Origin: Candidatus Latescibacterota bacterium
Lineage (GTDB): Bacteria > Latescibacterota > UBA2968 > GCA-2709665
Length of the DNA: 64,000 bases
Reading direction: 5' to 3'
NCBI GenBank assembly: GCA_965203805.1
Contig: OZ241917.1
Location: 4,928,001 to 4,992,000 of the forward strand
Part shown: in pieces, positions 19,314-29,647 of the stretch
How positions within the stretch are numbered: position 1 is the stretch's first letter
Layout of the letters: every line of letters begins with the position of its first letter
Translations under genes and position numbers: made by a program
Notes under the pieces: generated by a model
Databases searched by the model: none
The model's input: the letters and a program-made list of their open reading frames with translations, nothing else
Told to the model about the DNA's origin: nothing

Positions 19314-20108
19314 CTATCCGAACCTGCCGGTCACGTAATCCTCCGTCTGCTGCAGATTCGGGTTCGTAAACATCTCTTCGGTACGAGCGTATTCAACCAG
19401 CTTGCCGAGGTAAAAGAATGCAGTCCGGTCCGAGATACGGGAAGCCTGCTGGAGATTGTGAGTCACAATAACGATCGTATACGTGCTCTTCAACTCATTG
19501 ATCGTCTCTTCAATGCGTCCGGTGGCTATCGGATCCAGCGCGGAACACGGCTCGTCCATCAGGATGACCGACGGCTCCACCGCGATCGCGCGCGCGATGC
19601 AGAGCCGCTGCTGCTGTCCCCCGGACAACCCCAGCGCGGATTCGTCGAGTCGATCCTTGACCTCGTCCCAGAGTGCCGCCGCCCTGAGGCTTCTCTCGGC
19701 CACCTCGTCCAGAACGGGACGCCGGTTCTCCCCGGCGATGCGCAACCCGTACACGACGTTTTCGAAGATTGACTTGGGAAACGGATTCGACTTCTGAAAT
19801 ACCATACCCACCAGCCGCCGGAGTGATATGACATCGTATCCCTGGGCATAGATGTCTTCTCCTTCGATCCGGACCCCGCCATCGATCCTTACCGAGTCGA
19901 TCAGATCGTTCAAGCGGTTCATACAGCGCAGCAGCGTAGACTTCCCGCAACCGGACGGTCCGATAAACGCGGTGACGTTGTGTCGGGGTACGTTCAGACT
20001 GATGTCGTACAACGCCTGGGCGTCGCCGTAGTGCAGACTCAGGGATTCGACCTCGACGACCGGTTTCTCAGATGCGGTGATGACCTGCTTCGTGGGTTCC
20101 ACGCCCAT
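19314..20108 (-). CDS. pstB: Phosphate ABC transporter ATPase
   Basis: [42 protein letters not shown]. Confidence 0.97.
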   Translation of the reverse strand: MGVEPTKQVITASEKPVVEVESLSLHYGDAQALYDISLNVPRHNVTAFIGPSGCGKSTLLRCMNRLNDLIDSVRIDGGVRIEGEDIYAQGYDVISLRRLVGMVFQKSNPFPKSIFENVVYGLRIAGENRRPVLDEVAERSLRAAALWDEVKDRLDESALGLSGGQQQRLCIARAIAVEPSVILMDEPCSALDPIATGRIEETINELKSTYTIVIVTHNLQQASRISDRTAFFYLGKLVEYARTEEMFTNPNLQQTEDYVTGRFG

Positions 20109-20158
20109 CCTTGTTGACTCCTGATTGATAGACCGTCTCGAGAACCGTCGAGATGCCG

Positions 20159-21763
20159 CTACAGACCGATTTTCTGGTATCGCTTGCGCAAGCGCGACCT
20201 GACCTGGATCGCCGTCAGATTCAGCGCCAGCACAATAAACATCAGCAACAGCGTCGTGGTATACACCATCGGGCGGGCCGCCTCGACATTGGGCGACTGA
20301 AATCCCACGTCATAGATGTGAAAGCCCAGATGCATGAACTTCCGCTCCAGGTGAAAAAACGGCCAGTTGGCGTCCACGGGCAGCGTGGGCGCGAGTTTAA
20401 CCACCCCCGTAATCATCAGCGGCGCAACCTCGCCCGCGCCCCTGGCCACCACCAGCACGATGCCCGTCAGAATGCCGGGCAACGCCGCGGGCAGAACGAC
20501 TCGCCAGATGGTCTGGAACTGGGTCGCGCCCAGCGCAAGAGAACCCTCCCGGACCTCTCTGGGGACGGATGCCAGCGCCTCCTCAGAAGCCACGATCATC
20601 ACCGGTACGGTCAACAGCGCCAGCGTCAGCGAGGCCCACAAAATGCCCCCGGTGCCGAACGTGGGCGCAGGCAGCGCCTCGGGGAAAAAGAGCAGGTCCA
20701 GACTCCCGCCCACGCCGTAGACGAAGAATCCGAGTCCGAACATGCCGAAAACGATCGAAGGTACTCCTGCGAGGTTATTCACGGCGATCCGGATCGCACG
20801 CACAAGCGGCCCCTGCCTCGCGTATTCACGCAGATACAGCGCCGCCAGGACGCCAAACGGCACCGCCGCCAGACTCATCAGAATGACCATCATGACCGTA
20901 CCGAAAATCGCGGGAAACACGCCGCCTTCGGTGTTGGACTCGCGCGGTTCCGCAGAAAGGAATTCCCAGACCCTCTCCAGGTATACGCCCGTCTTGCCGA
21001 AGACACCCAACCGATTGGGCCGGTACGCGCGCACGACGTCAGCCACCGCCAACCGTCGTATCTCTCCGCCAGCCAGCCGGACCTTCAAATGAGGGACTTC
21101 GCTCTCCGCCCTGAGTCGGTTCAGGTCAGCGGCCAACGATTCATAGCGCGTCCAATATCGGCGGCTTTTCGCGTCCAGCTGCAAAATCCGGTCCTGCTGC
21201 GCGTCATCCGTCAGTTCAAGCTTTCGTTTCTCCAGGCGAAGCCGTTCGATTCGCCGGTTGAGATCAGATATGGCGTCGTACTCGATGTCGCGGATTCGAT
21301 CCAGAAGCACGCCCGTTCGCCGCAACTGCTTCTGAAACGCCGCCCAGCCGGCCGCGCCGCCTCCGGCGACTCTCTCCTCACCCTCGAACACGCCGTCCAG
21401 AAATCCGAACAGTTGTCCCCATTCGCGCCGCTCGAACACAACCGCGCTTTCGGGAAATGTCCGGTCCTGAATCCGCGACTCGTCGATCCACCGGAAGTCA
21501 ACGCCGTACGCGTCCCGGTTCGCCACTTTCAGTTGAACCCGGAATTCCCCGTCCCGGTTGGGAATCTCCTGCCTGTCCCACATCTGCCCCATCACAACCG
21601 CGTTGTCTTTCAGGCCAAGTGCGGTCAGGTCGGCCGGCCAGAAAAAGCCGAGCCCGTTATAGATGACGAGGCCGATCAGCCCGACGATCATCAGCACACA
21701 GAATGCGAGCGCGCCGCCCGTCAGCCAGATATATGCCTGCCCTGATTTCCAGAATCCGTTCAT
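20159..21763 (-). CDS. pstA: Phosphate ABC transporter permease PstA (extended periplasmic domain)
   Basis: [30 protein letters not shown]. Confidence 0.95.
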   Translation of the reverse strand: MNGFWKSGQAYIWLTGGALAFCVLMIVGLIGLVIYNGLGFFWPADLTALGLKDNAVVMGQMWDRQEIPNRDGEFRVQLKVANRDAYGVDFRWIDESRIQDRTFPESAVVFERREWGQLFGFLDGVFEGEERVAGGGAAGWAAFQKQLRRTGVLLDRIRDIEYDAISDLNRRIERLRLEKRKLELTDDAQQDRILQLDAKSRRYWTRYESLAADLNRLRAESEVPHLKVRLAGGEIRRLAVADVVRAYRPNRLGVFGKTGVYLERVWEFLSAEPRESNTEGGVFPAIFGTVMMVILMSLAAVPFGVLAALYLREYARQGPLVRAIRIAVNNLAGVPSIVFGMFGLGFFVYGVGGSLDLLFFPEALPAPTFGTGGILWASLTLALLTVPVMIVASEEALASVPREVREGSLALGATQFQTIWRVVLPAALPGILTGIVLVVARGAGEVAPLMITGVVKLAPTLPVDANWPFFHLERKFMHLGFHIYDVGFQSPNVEAARPMVYTTTLLLMFIVLALNLTAIQVRSRLRKRYQKIGL

Positions 21764-21789
21764 TCAACTCACTCCGGACGGATCGGGAT

Positions 21790-24042
21790 TCATATCCTGC
21801 TGTACCGTTCGCGTAGCCGCTGCCGCACGATTTCCGCGAGGGTGTTGACGACGAAGGTGACTCCCGCAAGCAGCAGGCCGGTGAGAAACAGGACCCGGTA
21901 GAGCGTTCCTTCGTGCGGCGCCTCCGGGATTTCCACGGCGATATTGGCCGACATGGTTCGCATCCCGTTGAAGATGCTCCAGTCCATAATCGGCGTGTTC
22001 CCGGTCGCCATCAAGACGATCATGGTTTCACCGACCGCCCGCCCGAAACCGATCATCGTTGCAGAAAAAACGCCCGGACTGGCGGTAGGGAGCACGACGC
22101 GGACCGCGGTCTGCCACGGCGTGGCGCCCAGCGCCAGAGACGCGGCGCGAAGGTGTGACGGAACGCTCGTCAACGCGTCTTCGCAGATCGTGTAGATGAT
22201 CGGAATGACCGCAAAACCCATCGCGAATCCCACAACGATGCAATTCCTCTGGTCGTAGCGGGTACCGGCGGAATCCGCGAGCCATCGCTGGAAATTCCCG
22301 CCCCATAATGCGCCTTCCAGCCATGGACCGAGGGCCAGTGCCAGCCAGGTCCCGATGAGGGACACCAATACGTAGAAAATCTCCGGGCCCGGCAGACGGT
22401 TCATTGCGCGGCGCGGCAGCCGGGACCAGACCCAGGAAGCCGCAATCACCGTGAGCGCAACCGTCGGCAGCAGCAGCAGAACCCCCACCACCTGGCGTTC
22501 CAGCAACGGCGCCAGCCAGAGGCCCCCGAGAAATCCGAGAATCACGCTTGGCAGCGATGCCATCAGTTCCACCGTGGGTTTGACGACGTTGCGCACGCTC
22601 GGGCGGGCGAACTCGGACGTATAGATGGCGGCCAGTACAGCCAGCGGAAGGGCGAAAAACATCGCGTAGAACGTGCCCTTGGCCGTGCCGTACGCCAGGG
22701 GGACGATGCTCAGCTTCGACTCGAATTCGTCGGTGCCGCCGGTGGACTGCCAGACGTACTCGGGTTCGGTATATCCCTCGTACCACAGTTTGCCGAACAG
22801 CGTTTTCAGCGTCACTTCCGGGTGCGGATTGGACAGCCGGTAATGGTTTAAAGTGCGGCCGGCGTCCAGAGAAAGGAAGCCGTCTGCCTTGGGTGCGAAC
22901 GCCAGATCGGTGACGCCGGATCCGTCCACGAGTTCGAAAAAAGTCTGACCCGATGTCATATGGTGCAGCATGACGTGTCCACCCGCGCTGCCGGTCAAAA
23001 ACTGCTTGTCGCGGGCGGACGGCGCAATCGCATTCACGGCGGTGCGATGAGACCGGAATTCGTGGACGTTCCGGTAGGTCGCGATGCCGGCCCCGGCGGG
23101 TCCGCGCACCGGAGACCACGTACTCACACGGCCTCCGGCGTCGCCTATCGCCACGGATACGTCGCCAAGCAAAAACGCGACCGCCGTAATCGCCAGGTCC
23201 GATGCACGAAATCGCTGCACGAGGGACGGGGCCGCCTTGGCGTTCGAAACGTCCCAGCAGTACACCTCTCCGCGGTCCGTACCCGCCAGAAGACGGCGAC
23301 TGCTTCCGTCGATCAGAACCGTTGTCGGCCTGCCGTGAACTTCATTCGTCAATTCGTGGACGTATGTGTCAAGCTTACCCCCGCCCAGCAGCCCCCTCTT
23401 CTTCTGTCTGCAGGCCACGAGCAGCCGGCCGGACGCCGTGATTCCGGCCGCGGTGGACCGCCGTGGCCCGTCGGAGCGAAATACAACCTGAACGATCGGT
23501 TCGCCCATGACGTCCAACGGCACATGTTCCTTGACCTGAAACTCGGGCGTGACCCGTCGTTTGCCATCCGGGTAGGTTATACGATAGTTCACCGCTGCCA
23601 CGGCGACGCGGCCATCCGACATACCCAGACCATGATTTCCGTCGGTAAGCGACGAATGGACCGATACCACACGCCGGTCCTGAAATTCGTCGCCACGCAC
23701 CCGGCTGATCTTTGCGCCGGATGCCAGTCGGATGAAGTCAATGCCTTCCGGCCGGACCAGAAACCCCACTTCACGATAGGGGTCCGTGCCCACGGCCAGG
23801 GTCCGTTGGGCATCGCTGCCGTCGAGGGTGTGGCGATTCACAATCGTCGCCGGGGCAGGCGACAGGAACAGCGGAAAGGATTCACGAAATACGAAGGCCA
23901 GAATGCCCAGGACCACCAGGATGACCCCGACGCCGCCTACGGCGATCACCCATCGGCCGAGACGGTCCATTGTCCGCGCCGCGGGCGTGATGCCGGGGCG
24001 CGTGCGGGGTTCACGTGGACTTTTGTCGTTCGGTTGCGCCAT
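21790..24042 (-). CDS. pstC: Phosphate ABC transporter permease PstC with beta-propeller domain
   Basis: [39 protein letters not shown]. Confidence 0.93.
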   Translation of the reverse strand: MAQPNDKSPREPRTRPGITPAARTMDRLGRWVIAVGGVGVILVVLGILAFVFRESFPLFLSPAPATIVNRHTLDGSDAQRTLAVGTDPYREVGFLVRPEGIDFIRLASGAKISRVRGDEFQDRRVVSVHSSLTDGNHGLGMSDGRVAVAAVNYRITYPDGKRRVTPEFQVKEHVPLDVMGEPIVQVVFRSDGPRRSTAAGITASGRLLVACRQKKRGLLGGGKLDTYVHELTNEVHGRPTTVLIDGSSRRLLAGTDRGEVYCWDVSNAKAAPSLVQRFRASDLAITAVAFLLGDVSVAIGDAGGRVSTWSPVRGPAGAGIATYRNVHEFRSHRTAVNAIAPSARDKQFLTGSAGGHVMLHHMTSGQTFFELVDGSGVTDLAFAPKADGFLSLDAGRTLNHYRLSNPHPEVTLKTLFGKLWYEGYTEPEYVWQSTGGTDEFESKLSIVPLAYGTAKGTFYAMFFALPLAVLAAIYTSEFARPSVRNVVKPTVELMASLPSVILGFLGGLWLAPLLERQVVGVLLLLPTVALTVIAASWVWSRLPRRAMNRLPGPEIFYVLVSLIGTWLALALGPWLEGALWGGNFQRWLADSAGTRYDQRNCIVVGFAMGFAVIPIIYTICEDALTSVPSHLRAASLALGATPWQTAVRVVLPTASPGVFSATMIGFGRAVGETMIVLMATGNTPIMDWSIFNGMRTMSANIAVEIPEAPHEGTLYRVLFLTGLLLAGVTFVVNTLAEIVRQRLRERYSRI

Positions 24043-24094
24043 TGCCCAAACTCACAATTTCCCTGCCGGACCCGAAACCGGGTTCGGCCGCGGA

Positions 24095-25072
24095 CTACAT
24101 ATCGGACGATTCCAGCTTCGCCAGTTCTTCTTTAACGACTTCAAACGGCACCGGCATATAACCGTCCTTGATGATGACTTCCTGGCCCTCTCTTGAAAAG
24201 ATATACCTGCAGAACTCACGCACCATCGGGTCGAGGGGCTTACCGGGCGCTTTGTTGATGTAGATGAACAGAAACCGGCCCAGCGGATAGGTGCCGTCCA
24301 GTACGTTCCCCATGGTGGCATCCCTGAATCCTTCCTCCGGATCCTCAGCAAGAGGCACCACACGCACATTCGACGTCTTGTACCCTATTCCACTGTATCC
24401 AATCCCGTACCGGTCCTCCGCCACCCCCTGGACGACCGAAGCCGACCCCGGCTGTTCCTTGACCTCATCCTTGAAATCCCCCTTTGAAAGGGCGTTCTTC
24501 TTGAAGAAGCCATAGGTGCCGGAGGCCGAATTGCGGCCGTACATGCTGATCATCGCGGATGCTTCCTCTCCGGTCCATCCCACCTCGTTCCAGCGCGTGA
24601 TATCCTTTGGATGGCCCTTTCGGCGGGTCTTCGAAAAAATCGCGTCGACCTGCTTCAGCGTCAATCCCTTGACCGGATTGTCCTTGTTCACGAAAACCGC
24701 CAGCGCGTCCAGTGCCGTTCGCAACGCCGTGGGCGGGTAGCCGAATGCCTGCTCGAACTTATCCACCTCCGTCGCCTTCATCGCACGCGACATGGGTCCG
24801 AACTGCGCTGTGCCTTCGATCAGCGCCGGCGGAGCGGTACTGGATCCCTTGCCTTCAATCTGGACGTTCACATTCGGATAGTGTCTCCGGAAGCCCTCGA
24901 GCCACAGGGCCATCAGGTTATTCATCGTATCCGATCCAATGCTGCTGGCGCTTCCCAAAATTCCCCTCGCTTTTGTGTATGCCGGAATTCTCGGGTCGAC
25001 CTCCACGGTCTGCGCGCTTGCAGGAACAACGGCGAACAACAGAAAAATCAGACCGGCGACTGTACGAAACAT
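24095..25072 (-). CDS. pstS: Phosphate-binding protein PstS
   Basis: GSDTMNNL, GKGSSTAPPAL, GRNSASGTYGFF. Confidence 0.95.
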   Translation of the reverse strand: MFRTVAGLIFLLFAVVPASAQTVEVDPRIPAYTKARGILGSASSIGSDTMNNLMALWLEGFRRHYPNVNVQIEGKGSSTAPPALIEGTAQFGPMSRAMKATEVDKFEQAFGYPPTALRTALDALAVFVNKDNPVKGLTLKQVDAIFSKTRRKGHPKDITRWNEVGWTGEEASAMISMYGRNSASGTYGFFKKNALSKGDFKDEVKEQPGSASVVQGVAEDRYGIGYSGIGYKTSNVRVVPLAEDPEEGFRDATMGNVLDGTYPLGRFLFIYINKAPGKPLDPMVREFCRYIFSREGQEVIIKDGYMPVPFEVVKEELAKLESSDM

Positions 25073-25139
25073 GTCTGCACTCCTCCGTGTTTTCAGGGTG
25101 ATCGTCTAACGATATTCGGGCGTCAATTTAACCGGCCAA

Positions 25140-25156
25140 TGTTACGTTCGTGTGTC
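25140..25156 (-). promoter_or_regulatory. Pho box-like site upstream of pstS
   Basis: Minus strand GACACA-CGAAC-GTAACA, half-sites 11 bp apart. Confidence 0.55.
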
Positions 25157-25316
25157 GATTGCCGGACGACCGGAGAAACCCGCTAGCCTGCTTGGGTGCG
25201 CGATTTTGTTGCATTTGAGTCAAGTTTCATGCTGACAGCGCTCAACCAGGGCTTGTCTTACTTACACGTCTACATTGACGCAACAACACGTCTTGGCGGT
25301 CTGAGGCGAAGCCTCG

Positions 25317-26291
25317 TTAGAATTTGTAGAACACCGTCATACGCGGGACGACCACGGTATCCGCGTCCGAGGACGCGTAAATCGTTGCCATTACATTGGG
25401 CATGATGTGAATATTCCCGGCCGGCGCGATGTCGACGCCTCCGATGACCATGGTTTCCTCGTCCTGCCCCCTGCTCGCGCCGGGATCGTAATAATCCAGG
25501 CGGGCGAATACATCGACCCGGGGCCTGACGTTCGCTGCGCCGAATACCGATACACCTCGTATCTGTACGTGCCCGCCTCCGCTCCCGTTCCGGTTATTTC
25601 TAACAAACGCTTCAATTCCGCCGCGGAAATCCCCGCCTGACATTCCCAGCATCCCGGCAAACGTGACGCGATCTCTCCCTTCGGGTTTGCCTTCCCAGTC
25701 CAGGTAGACCGTGGCTTCGATGGCGTCCGTCGGTTTAACGTGAAGAAGCGTGTACAGTTTCTTGCCGTTGTCGGCTTCCGGGCGCTGCCCGCTCCCGTTG
25801 CCGAGCATCAGTTGGACGTTCACCCTGCCCGAACCATCCAGCCTTCCTTTGAATCCCACCCCGATGTCTGCGGACGAGCCGATCTTGCGCATATCCATGA
25901 TCGTTTTTGCGATCGACCGGTATCCCCAGATTCGCTCGGATACGTTCCAGGTGGGTGTGCCGAACAGCCCCATGTTGACGGCCCGACCGTTGGCACGGTA
26001 CCGCAGATAACCGTGCTTCACGAACGGCCGCATCTTGTCCTCTCGGCCAAATCCCGCATCATTGGCTTCGTAACGTACCCGGCCGGACCAGCGGTCGTTC
26101 CATTTCATATCGTACGTCAGGTATATGCGCCGGAACCTGAAGCCGTTTTCGTTCTTGTCAGTTCCGGTCGTGACAAAGTAATAATCGCCAAAAGCCACCC
26201 CCTTGATCTTGCCTTCGACGCCTTCGGCAGTTCCGAACAGGCCGAGGCTCAACACGGCGACGATTCCCAGGATGGTCCCGTTTAGTCGCAT
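25317..26291 (-). CDS. Outer-membrane beta-barrel porin (putative phosphate/anion porin)
   Basis: Signal peptide, FRFRRIYLTYD, C-terminal Phe (VFYKF); GGAGG RBS before ATG 26291. Confidence 0.8.
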   Translation of the reverse strand: MRLNGTILGIVAVLSLGLFGTAEGVEGKIKGVAFGDYYFVTTGTDKNENGFRFRRIYLTYDMKWNDRWSGRVRYEANDAGFGREDKMRPFVKHGYLRYRANGRAVNMGLFGTPTWNVSERIWGYRSIAKTIMDMRKIGSSADIGVGFKGRLDGSGRVNVQLMLGNGSGQRPEADNGKKLYTLLHVKPTDAIEATVYLDWEGKPEGRDRVTFAGMLGMSGGDFRGGIEAFVRNNRNGSGGGHVQIRGVSVFGAANVRPRVDVFARLDYYDPGASRGQDEETMVIGGVDIAPAGNIHIMPNVMATIYASSDADTVVVPRMTVFYKF

Positions 26292-26472
26292 TTCTCCTCC
26301 CTGCTGTCTTCGGTTTATCGATCGACCCGCGCCGATTCCCGGCGGTTGCGGCGGTTCACCCCGTGATGGTCCGGGGCGGCGGCTCGCCCGGAAGGCTGAA
26401 CGCACGAATTTTGAACTCGAACGCAGACCCGTTGCCCCCGTCTTCCTCACCCTGAACCAAGATGTACAATAT

Positions 26473-26522
26473 GTTACGCTTTCGTTACGATCGGGTGGCA
26501 ATTGTGTGACGAACAGGTTACG
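26473..26522 (-). promoter_or_regulatory. Pho-box array (5 units, 11-bp period) facing the porin gene
   Basis: Plus-strand gttacg/gttacg/gtggca/gtgacg/gttacg at 26473, 26484, 26495, 26506, 26517. Confidence 0.8.
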
Positions 26523-26621
26523 ATCTCCGGGTCGGACCCCGCCAGAACGCGGCGGAAGCCGGCGGAGGCACAAGCGGCAGTCCCGTCCCGGAATCAACCC
26601 CCGTCGGATACCCTGCGAAAA

Positions 26622-26649
26622 CGTCATTGAATCGTAACGATTCCGTAAC
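26622..26649 (+). promoter_or_regulatory. Pho-box array (3 units) facing the TonB receptor
   Basis: CGTCAT/CGTAAC/CGTAAC at 26622, 26633, 26644. Confidence 0.8.
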
Positions 26650-26756
26650 CCGGTCTAAACAACCGGTTGGTTACTTTGACGCCGATCAGAGGCAGCGGGG
26701 CCTTGAATCCGGAACGCGACGGCCTGAAGGAACATCACCCGAGGAGCGAGAACCCC

Positions 26757-29549
26757 ATGTTACGAATCGTGATCATGCTGTTGTCTGCCGCATTGGCGCT
26801 TTCACTCTCCGCTGAGGAGATGGGAGTTGCTCGGGGACTGATTGTCGACGGCGAGACAGGCGAGCCGCTCGTTGGGGCCAACCTGATCGTCTACGACGCC
26901 GGGGGCCGGCCGGCCTTCGGCACGACAACCAACCTGGACGGAAGGTTCAGCCTCAGATTGCCATCCGGCAGGCACAGCATCGAGATTTCCTATGTGTCCT
27001 ACGCGACGAAAACGGTTACCGGCGTTGAGGTAAACACCGACCGGCCGTTCCAACTCAGCGAAGCGCTTACGCCGGAAGCCATCGAAGTCCAGGCGATTAC
27101 GGTCACGGCTAGGCCCGAGCGCTCCAGCGAAGTATCGATGCTGGTTATCCAGCAGAAGGCCGGCGTGGTAACCGACGGCATCAGTTCGGAACTGATGAGC
27201 AAGGCGTCGTCTTCGGACGCCGGGGACGCGCTCAAGAGGGTGACTGGTATTACCGTGGTGGGCGGGCGCTACGTATACGTGCGCGGCCTGGGAGAACGTT
27301 ACAGCAATACACAGGTCAATGGCGCGCAGATGCCCAGCCCCGAGCCGAACCGGCGCGTGGTTCCCATGGACATTTTTCCGGCGGGACTCCTTGAAAATAT
27401 CCAGGTGGCCAAGACCTTCTCTCCCGACCAGCCGGGCGACTTCTCGGGCGGGTCGGTCCAGATCAGAACCAAGGACTTTCCGGACCAACTGACGCTCTCG
27501 CTCTCGGCCTCGACCAGTTTCCATACACAAACCAGCTTCAAAGATATCCAGAGCTATACGGGCGGTTCCTGGGACTTCCTGGGCGTGGATGACGGCGGCC
27601 GAGACCTGCCGGGTTTGGTAAGAACCCAGGCCTCCGAACAGGCGGTCCGCAAGCGCGGGCGCTTTTCCACCTCGGGGTTTACGTCTAAGGAAATTCAAAC
27701 TTTCGGTCGGTCATTCAGCAATGTCTGGTCACCTGAAACGCGGACGGCTCCTTTGAACCAGAGCTACAGCTTCAGCGTCGGAAACGCCCTTTCTTCCGAA
27801 AACAGGGAACTGGGCTTCGTGCTGTCCCTGACGTACGACAACAGCTACAGGAACGGGAGCCAGGAATGGAACAGCTACCGGCTCACGGCCAGGGACGGGC
27901 GCGAATTCCTCTCGCCATTCACGAGTTACACAGTCAGCGGCACCACGAATAACGTGCTGTGGGGCGCCCTATTCAACAGCAGCTTCCGTTTCTCGCCGCT
28001 TCACAAGATCAGCCTGAAGACAATCTACAACCGCAACACCGACGACGAAGCCCGCGGTTATACCGGGTTCAACTCCGACCGCGGCACCGACCTTCGCAAC
28101 TTCAGGCTTCGCTTCGTGGAGCGCGGCGTTTTTACGGGGCAGCTTGGCGGGGAACATCACCTCGACCCCCTGTTTAAGTCGAACCTGAACTGGCAGGTCG
28201 GCTTTGCCGAAGCCACGCGCGACGAACCTGACAACCGCGAAGTCGTTTACGAAATGCGGAATCAGCGTTGGACCTTTTTCGACATCACCCAGAGCGGAAG
28301 CCGGTTCTATTTCGATCTTGCGGACCGGGAGTGGAGCGCAAAGCTCGACTGGACGGCGCCAATAAAATCTCCCGCCGGCCTGCCCGCCAAATTCAAACTC
28401 GGGGGTGTCCGGCGAATGAAAGACCGCACCTTCGACGCCCGGCGCTTCCGCTTCGAACAGTCCAGCGCAATCCAGCGGCACGTGGACCTGACGGCAGACC
28501 CGGAAATCATCTTTGCGGAGGAGAATATCGCGCCCGGGCGCTTCGAACTCAGGGAAACCACCCGCGCCAACGACAACTATTCGGCCAGGCAGGATCTCCG
28601 GGCGGGTTATATGATGGTGGACATGCCCGTCGCGGCATCGTGGCGCCTGGTGACCGGCATCAGGGTTGAATCATCCAGACAGGAACTGAGATCATTCGAC
28701 CCATTCGCGGTCAACACCGAGCCCATCGTGGTCATACTTGACAACACCGATCTGCTGCCGGGCGTCAATCTCGTACGGCGCCTTTCCGACCGGTCCAATC
28801 TGCGGGCAGCCTATTCCCGCACCCTCGCGCGACCGGATTTCCGGGAACTGGCTCCCTTCGAATTCACCGACTTCGTGGGTGGCCGGGCGGTCGTCGGGGA
28901 CACGTCGCTGACCCGCACCGTTGTCGACAACTACGATCTCCGATGGGAGAACTTTCCCAGACTGGGCGAGCTGGCGGCGGTCAGCGTTTTCTACAAGAAA
29001 TTCCACGATCCCATCGAGCAAATCATCCAGCCCACCGCCCAACTCCGGGTCAGCTATGCAAATGCGGCATCTGCCAACAACTACGGCGTCGAGTTCGAGT
29101 ACCGCCGCAGACTGGACGCCCTCGTTCCCGACCTGGAGAATCTCTCGTTGAGCGCGAACGTTACGCTGGTCAAGTCCAAGGTGGAAATCGATCCCTCCAG
29201 CGGGGTGCAGACCTCTTCCGAACGGGCACTGCAGGGCCAGTCGCCCTTCGTGGTCAACGTGATTCTGGGTTACGACAATGTCGAAGCGGGCGCGTCGGCG
29301 AATCTGCTATACAACGTGGTCGGTCGGCGTATCAGCGAAGTAGGCGCCCAGAGACTGCCGGACGTTTTCGAACAGCCCCGCCACCAGGTCGATTTTACGT
29401 TCAAGCAGAGAATAACGCCCGTTGTGAGGCTCAAACTTTCCGCGAAAAACCTGCTCGACTCGACCGTCCTCTACAAGCAGCAGCAGGAAGTTTTCACACG
29501 GTACAAAAGAGGTCGGTCCATCTCCGTCGGAATCGTCTACGATCTCTAG
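26757..29549 (+). CDS. TonB-dependent receptor
   Basis: CarboxypepD_reg-like N-terminus, DAGDALKRVTGIT, YVRGLGERYS, RPDFRELAPF, SAKNLLD. Confidence 0.93.
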   Translation: MLRIVIMLLSAALALSLSAEEMGVARGLIVDGETGEPLVGANLIVYDAGGRPAFGTTTNLDGRFSLRLPSGRHSIEISYVSYATKTVTGVEVNTDRPFQLSEALTPEAIEVQAITVTARPERSSEVSMLVIQQKAGVVTDGISSELMSKASSSDAGDALKRVTGITVVGGRYVYVRGLGERYSNTQVNGAQMPSPEPNRRVVPMDIFPAGLLENIQVAKTFSPDQPGDFSGGSVQIRTKDFPDQLTLSLSASTSFHTQTSFKDIQSYTGGSWDFLGVDDGGRDLPGLVRTQASEQAVRKRGRFSTSGFTSKEIQTFGRSFSNVWSPETRTAPLNQSYSFSVGNALSSENRELGFVLSLTYDNSYRNGSQEWNSYRLTARDGREFLSPFTSYTVSGTTNNVLWGALFNSSFRFSPLHKISLKTIYNRNTDDEARGYTGFNSDRGTDLRNFRLRFVERGVFTGQLGGEHHLDPLFKSNLNWQVGFAEATRDEPDNREVVYEMRNQRWTFFDITQSGSRFYFDLADREWSAKLDWTAPIKSPAGLPAKFKLGGVRRMKDRTFDARRFRFEQSSAIQRHVDLTADPEIIFAEENIAPGRFELRETTRANDNYSARQDLRAGYMMVDMPVAASWRLVTGIRVESSRQELRSFDPFAVNTEPIVVILDNTDLLPGVNLVRRLSDRSNLRAAYSRTLARPDFRELAPFEFTDFVGGRAVVGDTSLTRTVVDNYDLRWENFPRLGELAAVSVFYKKFHDPIEQIIQPTAQLRVSYANAASANNYGVEFEYRRRLDALVPDLENLSLSANVTLVKSKVEIDPSSGVQTSSERALQGQSPFVVNVILGYDNVEAGASANLLYNVVGRRISEVGAQRLPDVFEQPRHQVDFTFKQRITPVVRLKLSAKNLLDSTVLYKQQQEVFTRYKRGRSISVGIVYDL

Positions 29550-29647
29550 AGACCGGCCGCCGAGGGGCGGGCTGACTGGCGTTCCATCCATCGCATTCAC
29601 AGGGGATAGTCCCCAGGAGTAAACCTCAATCACCAAGGAGTCGCGCT

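Noticed and set aside
21790-24042. Beta-propeller-extended PstC and long PstA as a novelty
   Set aside because: This extended Pst subtype is already known, e.g. in Pseudomonas.
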